NCBI GenBank assembly: GCA_964628585.1
Contig: CAZVMH010000001.1
Span: 210-64,209, forward strand
Reading direction: 5' to 3'
Source of the DNA: an uncultured Candidatus Saccharibacteria bacterium
Lineage (GTDB): Bacteria; Patescibacteriota; UBA1384; XYA2-FULL-43-10; 1-14-0-10-43-13
DNA length: 64,000 nucleotides
Part shown: in pieces, positions 58,012 through 64,000 of the stretch
How positions within the stretch are numbered: the stretch's first letter is position 1
Layout: every line of letters begins with the position of its first letter
The notes under the pieces: model-generated
The model's input: the letters and a program-made list of their open reading frames with translations, nothing else
The model's database searches: none
What the model was told of the DNA's origin: nothing
Translations under genes and position numbers: made by a program

Positions 58012-58407
58012 ATGTTTATGCGACAATTCCCAGCAACGGAATGCAGAAAATCGGTTCCCCTCATACTTGAGAGGGTAGGAGTTCACCCCGAAGTCGCAGA
58101 AAGGGTAGAACATTGTGTTGGAGAAGTCAGCAATAACTGCCGGCTTCATGGGGGAGAAGATGTTGTAAACCTGGGGATTCAGGCCGATGAACACGGCGTG
58201 TTTGTAGTGGTCGATTCACCAAGTCACATTGACTATCGTGACAGTATAATGGTGGCTATCTGCAACGCGACAGAAAAAAATCTTAGATGTGAGATAGATA
58301 AACCCAATAGGCACATCTCAAGAGGTCTTTTCATGGTTTGTTATTATGCCGACAGGGTCGAGCTAACCCCCGATGGGAAGCTGATCATGGCATTTGGGCC
58401 TGTCTAG
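58012..58407 (+). CDS. RsbW/SpoIIAB-like HATPase (anti-sigma factor / Ser-protein kinase-like), GC-rich, orphan
   Basis: 'VGEVSNNCRLHGGEDVVNLGIQADEHGVFVVVDSPSHID' fits the HATPase_c_2 N/G1 boxes. GGAGG SD 8 nt before ATG 58012. No STAS antagonist or sigma factor nearby. Confidence 0.5.
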   Translation: MFMRQFPATECRKSVPLILERVGVHPEVAERVEHCVGEVSNNCRLHGGEDVVNLGIQADEHGVFVVVDSPSHIDYRDSIMVAICNATEKNLRCEIDKPNRHISRGLFMVCYYADRVELTPDGKLIMAFGPV

Positions 58408-58423
58408 GTTCCTTACCGACAGC

Positions 58424-58460
58424 GTGCGGGCGATGATTCGCCCGCACCTTTCTTTTTATT
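58424..58460 (+). terminator. Rho-independent terminator GTGCGGGCGatgattCGCCCGCAC plus CTTTCTTTTT
   Basis: 9-bp GC stem with a U-tract. Confidence 0.7.
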
Positions 58461-58512
58461 ATCCAACAAAATTGATATACTAGTTCGGTAATATTACAAT
58501 AATAGGAAATTT

Positions 58513-59133
58513 ATGAAAAAGTTGTTTTTTGACATTGAGACATTGCCTGCGCCTGGTGATAAAGTTGATCTGATAAAGAGTTTTTGGGAAGAATCACGCA
58601 AGAAAAATGGAAACAAGGAGCTAAGGGGTCTAAATGATTTTGATACCTTCTTTCGTAACACTTCATTTCAGGGTGAATTTGGTCGAATCTTCTGCATTGG
58701 CTATGCCATTGATGACAAACCATCTGAGTGCCTCTTTGGTGACGAAAAAGAGATCCTCCAAAAGTTTTGGGGTATTGCCAAAGACTGCGACCTCTTTATT
58801 GGTCACAACGTAATGGAGTTTGATTTTCGATTTATTTACAAAAGATCAATTATCCTTGGAGTCCAACCCTCAAAGGATTTGAATTTTGCTCGGTACAGAA
58901 ATAATCCAATATTTGACACAATGAAAGAGTGGGAAAAATGGGGAGCACAGGGCACCAGTTTGCACAAGCTCAGCATTGCACTAGACCTGGCTTCGCCAAA
59001 AGAAGAGGGGATTGACGGTTCAAAAGTCTACGACTATTTCTTAGCTGGTAAAGGTGATGAAATCTGCGAGTACTGCAAAAGAGACGTCGACGCAACGAGG
59101 CGTGTTTATAAAAAAATGATATTTGAGAAATAG
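58513..59133 (+). CDS. Predicted 3'-5' exonuclease, PolB-exonuclease-like (RNase H fold)
   Basis: 'FFDIETLP' Exo I, 'FIGHNVMEFDFRF' Exo II, 'YCKRDVDAT' Exo III. Confidence 0.7.
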   Translation: MKKLFFDIETLPAPGDKVDLIKSFWEESRKKNGNKELRGLNDFDTFFRNTSFQGEFGRIFCIGYAIDDKPSECLFGDEKEILQKFWGIAKDCDLFIGHNVMEFDFRFIYKRSIILGVQPSKDLNFARYRNNPIFDTMKEWEKWGAQGTSLHKLSIALDLASPKEEGIDGSKVYDYFLAGKGDEICEYCKRDVDATRRVYKKMIFEK

Positions 59134-59134
59134 T

Positions 59135-60007
59135 TTACTTGGTGACCGGTGGCAGTGTTGTTTCTGGTTTTTTATCGAGGTTCATTTTCTCAACATCAGA
59201 TTTTCTCTGGCGAGATACAATAAATAGTACTATCGAAATAATAAGTAATATTATAGTTGTAGTAATATAAAAAGCTTTTTGATATGTCCAAATAATGGCG
59301 ATTATTTTGCCACCGGCAATAATAAAACGATCATCTTCTAAGCCAAAACTTTTAGCAATTTTTTGAAAAAAATCGGTGCCTCCAGCGAGGAAAAAAATTA
59401 AAACTTCAACCAAGGTAGCAATCGCTGGCAAAAGAAAAGAAAACCCAAGCCACTTAAGCTTCTGTGACCAACTTCCGCCCAGAAGCATAAGAACAGTAAA
59501 CAAAACTATTAACCCTCCAAATATTAGTAGCAATCTTTTAATATTTGAGACAATCGAAATGAGTGAGTTACCCGATAAATCGATCTGTTTGTCGGTCAGA
59601 TATTGTTTTACTTGAGGGTCAGACATAATATCAACATTATTAGCCCCAGAAAGAGCACTAATTTTCTGACCAATCATTGAATAGGGGATAGTAATCTTCC
59701 TCTCTGCTTTTGGCTTTCCCGCCATTGTGAAAAATTGATCTATTATATTATTTAAAAATTGTTTAACTGTAGCTTCATCTATAGCGTCTCCAGCGAATTG
59801 AAGAACCGCATCTTTATTTCCCTCTTCAACGCCCAAAGCCAGATTATCTCGCAAGCCTATGGCAATGGCAGAATAAGCCTTACTCTCCTCAAGAAACTTT
59901 TTTGTAAAATCTGAAGTTGAAAAATAGGCATTAATATTCAAAAGCGCAATAAACACAAAAATTAATGATGAGAGTATTAAGAACAGAACAAATTTTAAAA
60001 ACTTCAT
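59135..60007 (-). CDS. Hypothetical membrane protein
   Basis: 290 aa. N-terminal TM, a ~150-aa soluble domain, then 4 C-terminal TM helices. Overlaps the kinase gene by 4 nt. Confidence 0.5.
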   Translation of the reverse strand: MKFLKFVLFLILSSLIFVFIALLNINAYFSTSDFTKKFLEESKAYSAIAIGLRDNLALGVEEGNKDAVLQFAGDAIDEATVKQFLNNIIDQFFTMAGKPKAERKITIPYSMIGQKISALSGANNVDIMSDPQVKQYLTDKQIDLSGNSLISIVSNIKRLLLIFGGLIVLFTVLMLLGGSWSQKLKWLGFSFLLPAIATLVEVLIFFLAGGTDFFQKIAKSFGLEDDRFIIAGGKIIAIIWTYQKAFYITTTIILLIISIVLFIVSRQRKSDVEKMNLDKKPETTLPPVTK

Positions 60008-61854
60008 TTTTTATCTCCAATCTCTGACTTATTATTTTTTGTTTCTAGCTCATCTTTTTTGATTTCGTCAGTTTTGCTTACTTCTGGAATTGGTGAGGAA
60101 GGATTGTCAAAAGTTGTTGTCGGAATTGGAGGACGAGTTGGACTGGTTACAGGGGCAGTAACATCAGTTGGTTTCTTCTGGAATAGGGCGCCTTCACCTT
60201 CATGTGGATCAACTGGCTTTGTTTTGTAAATCGGAAGTGAGAAGTAGAATGTTGTGCCATGATCTGCCTTGTCTGTTGAACTCTTAAACCAAAGTTTACC
60301 CTTATGTAACTCTACTAAATTTTTAGTAATAAACATACCCAAACCAGTTCCTTTAACCTGGTCCTTGAGAACTTCAACCTGAACAAACTTCTCGAAGATT
60401 GCTTCTTCCTTGCCCTTTGGAATACCTCGGCCGTTGTCCTGTATCGCCACAACTAGCTTGCCGTCATCGGCATGTGCGCTTACGGTAATCTTTCCTGGGG
60501 GATCGGTATACTTGATAGCATTGCCAATAATGTTAATCATAACTTCGGTAATACGAGAAACATCGAACCAAGTTTTTGGAAGTGGAGTTTTTGGTTTTTC
60601 AAATGTCAGCTTGTGGCCAACTTCGTCCGCCTTAATCTTAACCTCGGCAATTGATTTCTCGATCACATCTTCAATGCTGGCTTCTTCGTTAATCAAGTGA
60701 ACACGACCGGATTCAATACGTGAAACATTGAGCAAATCTCGAACTAACGCAGCCAATCGCTTTGAAGAGAAATAGATATTTTCCAAATATGCTTTTACTT
60801 TCGGGTTAACATCTCCGGCCATTTTTTCATCAATAATCATTGACAGATAGCCTTCAATGGCAGCAATAGGCGTATTGAGTTCGTGCGACGCCATAGAGAT
60901 AAAGTTATCTTTCTGCTCATCTAAGTCTTCAAGGTGCTTGTTAGCATTATCTAATTTCTTGGCTAGAAACTGAAGTTCTTCTTTTTGTTTAATTTCCTTA
61001 TTTATGGATATGAGTAAAATCCTTGCGCCGTACGCCGTCACAATTAAAAATAAAAGTCTAAATAATACCTCCACAATATTTCTGGAGAAAAATATTTCTA
61101 CAGATAATATTATTAACACAAGATACGTTACAGCTTGGGTAATAATGACTTTGGCATTTAGTAACTGATGTTTAATAATTGCCACGGTTGTAAGAACAAT
61201 AAAAAACAGCGAAGAGGCAGGCCCTACACTTATTAGAGTGTTTAGGCCTAGCATAGGAAAGAGTGCGCTAATTAGTGAACCCGTAATAGACGATGCAATA
61301 ATACCCGTGATAATATATTTGATTTGATTTTTTTGCTGTTCATTAGATTTATAATATTTTTTAAATAATATAAATGAAGCAACAACAAAAGATATGACAA
61401 AAAATACACTAAAGTATGCATATAATACTCCAGGATCGAACGAGTATTCCAATGTGTTTGCATTTATTAAAGTTACGCTTTTAACATTATGGGCGGTAGG
61501 AATAAAAACTAAAAGTACCGAAGTAAGAATTACCAGCAATCCCAAGTACTCTTTTTTGATAGAAATCGGTTTATTGGGGAAAGAATTTGCAAACAAAATA
61601 TATAAAATTGGTAGAAAAGAGGGTCCAAATAATGATGCTCGAGTCCAAAATAGTAATAATCCAGGACTGGAAGAATATATATTAGCTAACAGATTTGCTA
61701 GTATCCAACAGATAACACTTATACAAAAAAGAACAAAAATTTTATTAGAAATAGACTTTTTTATATATTTACCTAGCACTATTGTTAACACCAGTACAAA
61801 AACTAGACAAATTTCTAAAATAATATTTGCTAAAGTAAATAGATTCCCCGTCAC
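60004..61854 (-). CDS. Sensor histidine kinase with N-terminal 7-TM sensing domain
   Basis: HisKA 'MASHELNTPIAAIEGYLSMI', HATPase N-box 'IGNAIKYTD', and G-boxes 'DNGRGIP…GTGLGM'. No response regulator in the window. Confidence 0.85.
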   Translation of the reverse strand: MTGNLFTLANIILEICLVFVLVLTIVLGKYIKKSISNKIFVLFCISVICWILANLLANIYSSSPGLLLFWTRASLFGPSFLPILYILFANSFPNKPISIKKEYLGLLVILTSVLLVFIPTAHNVKSVTLINANTLEYSFDPGVLYAYFSVFFVISFVVASFILFKKYYKSNEQQKNQIKYIITGIIASSITGSLISALFPMLGLNTLISVGPASSLFFIVLTTVAIIKHQLLNAKVIITQAVTYLVLIILSVEIFFSRNIVEVLFRLLFLIVTAYGARILLISINKEIKQKEELQFLAKKLDNANKHLEDLDEQKDNFISMASHELNTPIAAIEGYLSMIIDEKMAGDVNPKVKAYLENIYFSSKRLAALVRDLLNVSRIESGRVHLINEEASIEDVIEKSIAEVKIKADEVGHKLTFEKPKTPLPKTWFDVSRITEVMINIIGNAIKYTDPPGKITVSAHADDGKLVVAIQDNGRGIPKGKEEAIFEKFVQVEVLKDQVKGTGLGMFITKNLVELHKGKLWFKSSTDKADHGTTFYFSLPIYKTKPVDPHEGEGALFQKKPTDVTAPVTSPTRPPIPTTTFDNPSSPIPEVSKTDEIKKDELETKNNKSEIGDKK

Positions 61855-61886
61855 TTTTTACCCTTCTGATATATTTATCAATAAGT

Positions 61887-62522
61887 TTATTTATAAACAA
61901 TCGGAGATATAATAGTTGGTGAGCTCCAATATCTACAATCTTTAGGCGGATTCACCTTGCAAATTTTATAATCGATTTTTTTAAATCCTACTTTATTAAG
62001 TAGTTTCTTATGCTTTGGGGAAATAGTCGTTGGTTCATCAGAGAAGTATGTAAACACTCCTCCTTTTTTAAGCAGACGGTATGCTTCTTCAAAAAAAGGA
62101 AAATAATGAAAAAATACTGTTTCTTGATCTAGCGGGCTAGTGTCAAATAATATTCCGTCAAAAGATTCATCTTTAAGCAATGGTGCAACATTTTCCCAAA
62201 AACCCTGGAGTATTTGCATCCTACCAGAAATAAATTGTTTGTTGAATAACCTAAAAGCGCGCTTCACTACCTCGGGATGTGCTTCAATAATTGTATGTTT
62301 TAAAATTTTTTTTGATTTTTGAATATAACCTGCTGATATTCCTAATCCAAAACCAAGTTCAAGAATATTTCCACCCTCGCTTGTCGCAATATTGGCTAAA
62401 TCTTTCATATAATTATCTTCCCAGTATTGCATTACTTGCCAACCCTTAATCAACAAGCTTTTTTTGGTATAGTTGGCTTTGTTTTCAAGCCATTCATTCT
62501 TTAAAGGATCTTCTTGTGCCAT
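61887..62522 (-). CDS. Guanidinoacetate N-methyltransferase (GAMT/RMT2)-like SAM-dependent methyltransferase
   Basis: 'GGNILELGFGLGISAGYIQ' (SAM motif I), 'LQGFWENVAPLLKDESFDGILFDTSPLDQET', 'GGVFTYF', 'PPKDCRYWSSPTIISPIVYK'. These are colinear with the vertebrate GAMT blocks GGRVLEVGFGMAI / LKGLWEDVAP…FDGILYDTYPLSEET / [20 protein letters not shown]. Confidence 0.65.
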   Translation of the reverse strand: MAQEDPLKNEWLENKANYTKKSLLIKGWQVMQYWEDNYMKDLANIATSEGGNILELGFGLGISAGYIQKSKKILKHTIIEAHPEVVKRAFRLFNKQFISGRMQILQGFWENVAPLLKDESFDGILFDTSPLDQETVFFHYFPFFEEAYRLLKKGGVFTYFSDEPTTISPKHKKLLNKVGFKKIDYKICKVNPPKDCRYWSSPTIISPIVYK

Positions 62523-62547
62523 TCCTATTCCTTCCTATCATTTATTG

Positions 62548-63024
62548 TTAATTCCAACTTTCAATTCTATATACTGCGGCGACTAAGGCACAAACAGGAG
62601 AACTTTCACACTGCATACCAACGATTTCTGTCTGAATTAGACCAAACTTCGTATCACGATATTCCATCATATTTTTTAATGTCTCTGTGATTAGTCTTTT
62701 TACTTCACTCTTTTGAGACCCTGATTGTTCAACAAAGAGCCCTCGTCCATCTTGTGCTTGGACCCAACCAATTCCAGCCCAGGCCTCGCGACCTACTTCA
62801 CTTTCCCGGCATTCAGATAGCACAACGTACAGTTTTTTGCCAAAGTCACTCACAGTATTATTATTTTTGTCTCCATGTTTAATAATTGATCCGGGTGGGA
62901 TGATTGATGACAGCTTTATTAGATTAAAATTTGCAATTCCTGCATTCCACAAAGCAGCATCAAAAGCGGCCAAATTTGTTTGGCCCGTTCCAGTCCCAGA
63001 TGATATCATAATTACTTTTTCCAT
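62548..63024 (-). CDS. pdaD: Pyruvoyl-dependent arginine decarboxylase
   Basis: 'MISSGTGTGQTNLAAFDAALWNAGIANFNLIKLSSIIPPG' with the self-cleavage Ser-Ser site. Confidence 0.8.
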   Translation of the reverse strand: MEKVIMISSGTGTGQTNLAAFDAALWNAGIANFNLIKLSSIIPPGSIIKHGDKNNNTVSDFGKKLYVVLSECRESEVGREAWAGIGWVQAQDGRGLFVEQSGSQKSEVKRLITETLKNMMEYRDTKFGLIQTEIVGMQCESSPVCALVAAVYRIESWN

Positions 63025-63117
63025 TTCTTCCTAAGATTACACTAATAGTAGAACTTATTCAATGTTATTAATACAACAGAGGACTCGCCTATCGGCGAGT
63101 CCTCAGTACCTTGGACA

Positions 63118-63642
63118 TCATTTCCACTTATACGCACGGCATATTTCTTCGTCGAGAATAAAACCCTCGATTGCTCCTCGGCCAGCTAGTTGTGCCAGTC
63201 TTGGGATTGCCTTGTTATGCATACCAGAGTGGAAGAAAATGGCCATGTCGTCCTTTTTCACTTCACAGAACATTGCTCGGAGAAGATCTCGTGCCATATT
63301 AATACTTCTGGCTCGAGGGTCAACTGCAATAACCATGAAGTTCCAGACTGCTTTCCCAGGAAACTTCTTGTCAAAGTATTCTTGGGAAAGCCACTGATCC
63401 AGTTCCAGGCGGTTAGTGACTATACCCATAGCGACTATACTGTCGCCTTTCTTTACAGTGAACTTAATCACGTCAGGGTTGGTCATCCAAGCCAGGAAAT
63501 CACTCTTCGGCCACGTTTGCAGCAGTGGAGTTTCTGAATTCAGTGGGGCGAACAACCTGTAGTAGAAGTCCCATAACTGTTCTTGCTCGCTAGGTTTTTC
63601 TACTAGTGTTCGTCTTTCTACCAGTGATGCTAGCTCTGACAC
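63118..63642 (-). CDS. GNAT-like N-acetyltransferase (tentative), GC-rich
   Basis: About 175 aa. GTG start with GGGAGG SD. '…AVWNFMVIAVDPRARSINMARDLLRAM' resembles GNAT motif A. Overlaps the upstream gene's tail by about 55 nt. Confidence 0.45.
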   Translation of the reverse strand: MSELASLVERRTLVEKPSEQEQLWDFYYRLFAPLNSETPLLQTWPKSDFLAWMTNPDVIKFTVKKGDSIVAMGIVTNRLELDQWLSQEYFDKKFPGKAVWNFMVIAVDPRARSINMARDLLRAMFCEVKKDDMAIFFHSGMHNKAIPRLAQLAGRGAIEGFILDEEICRAYKWK

Positions 63643-63922
63643 GGTCTTCACCTCCCTTGTGCCGGTATAATAAAAATCCGATTACTGTAAGAACTACACC
63701 TGGAATATTCGCCCCGCTTAGTAAGATAATAGGCCATTCGCTTAAAGCAAAACCGTAGTTCAGCCAAACGAGCTCATTTATCATTAAAGCAAAGAGAATG
63801 ATCCAGCTAAAGTCCTTCGCGCTTTTTGTTTTGAATATTTTAATAGATTGGGCATATAACCCAACTGTGATCGCAATGCCACCAACAACAGTTAAAATTC
63901 TACTGATTTCAAGATAATTCAT
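63590..63922 (-). CDS. PQ-loop / SemiSWEET-like 3-TM transporter
   Basis: 'LTVVGGIAITVGLYAQSIKIFKTKSAKDFSWIILFALMINELVWLNYGFAL…' 3-TM PQ-loop repeat. The C-terminal 22 aa overlap the next gene. Confidence 0.6.
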   Translation of the reverse strand: MNYLEISRILTVVGGIAITVGLYAQSIKIFKTKSAKDFSWIILFALMINELVWLNYGFALSEWPIILLSGANIPGVVLTVIGFLLYRHKGGEDRVRASITGRKTNTSRKT

Positions 63923-64000
63923 TTATACCTCCAAATTATAACATACAAATTAATAAATGTCAATAAAAGGAACTATTTATATTTCTAGCATATTTTATTC

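Noticed and set aside
57979-58194. 71-aa minus-strand ORF
   Set aside because: Antisense to the better-supported HATPase gene (SD plus domain signature on the plus strand).
1-64000. CRISPR arrays, transposases/integrases, prophage genes
   Set aside because: No regularly spaced direct repeats were found. The only tandem repeats are the short degenerate units at 39235-39334 and 57412-57432. No DDE/tyrosine-recombinase-like ORFs were seen. The GC-rich islands lack terminal inverted repeats or flanking direct repeats that I could discern.

Overview
This is a 64 kb chromosomal segment from an AT-rich bacterium whose gene repertoire resembles a reduced, Patescibacteria/CPR-like genome (inference). 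Housekeeping genes present are rnhB, glyA, thrS, uvrB, uvrA, priA, der, trmD, rpsP, rplY, rplT-rpmI-infC and lepB/lgt/lspA. There are two tRNAs, tRNA-Val(GAC) and tRNA-Gln(TTG). A bacterial RNase P RNA sits where the ORF track lists three spurious ORFs. Accessory content is rich and comes in three groups. (1) Positions 42-18131: two diverged copies of a FtsX/MacB-type ABC permease in inverted orientation bracket two giant predicted surface proteins (1615 and 1364 aa, each with an N-terminal membrane anchor). Between them lie tandem paralogous polytopic membrane proteins, a YtxH/DUF948 pair, and an in-frame HTH(XRE)-Hsp20 fusion. The fusion gene is preceded by a perfect 10-bp-arm palindromic operator inside an apparently leaderless promoter. 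(2) Positions 40138-50245: a cell-envelope glycosylation cluster. It comprises a GtrB-like GT2, an ArnT/PMT-like GT-C, an acyltransferase-3 fusion protein, two C39-like peptidase-domain proteins, and an FAD oxidoreductase split by a frameshift at an A8 tract. (3) Several GC-rich, strong-Shine-Dalgarno islands that look horizontally acquired. These hold an aminotransferase, an unknown 327-aa protein, an RsbW-like HATPase, a membrane protein and a GNAT-like gene, plus two GC-rich non-coding islands of unknown function. Other notable items are a Def-Fmt single-ORF fusion, a dNMP-kinase-like/dCMP-deaminase overlapping pair, a pdaD (pyruvoyl arginine decarboxylase) + GAMT-like methyltransferase + GNAT + SemiSWEET operon, and infC with a non-AUG start. 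No CRISPR array, transposase or integrase was seen.
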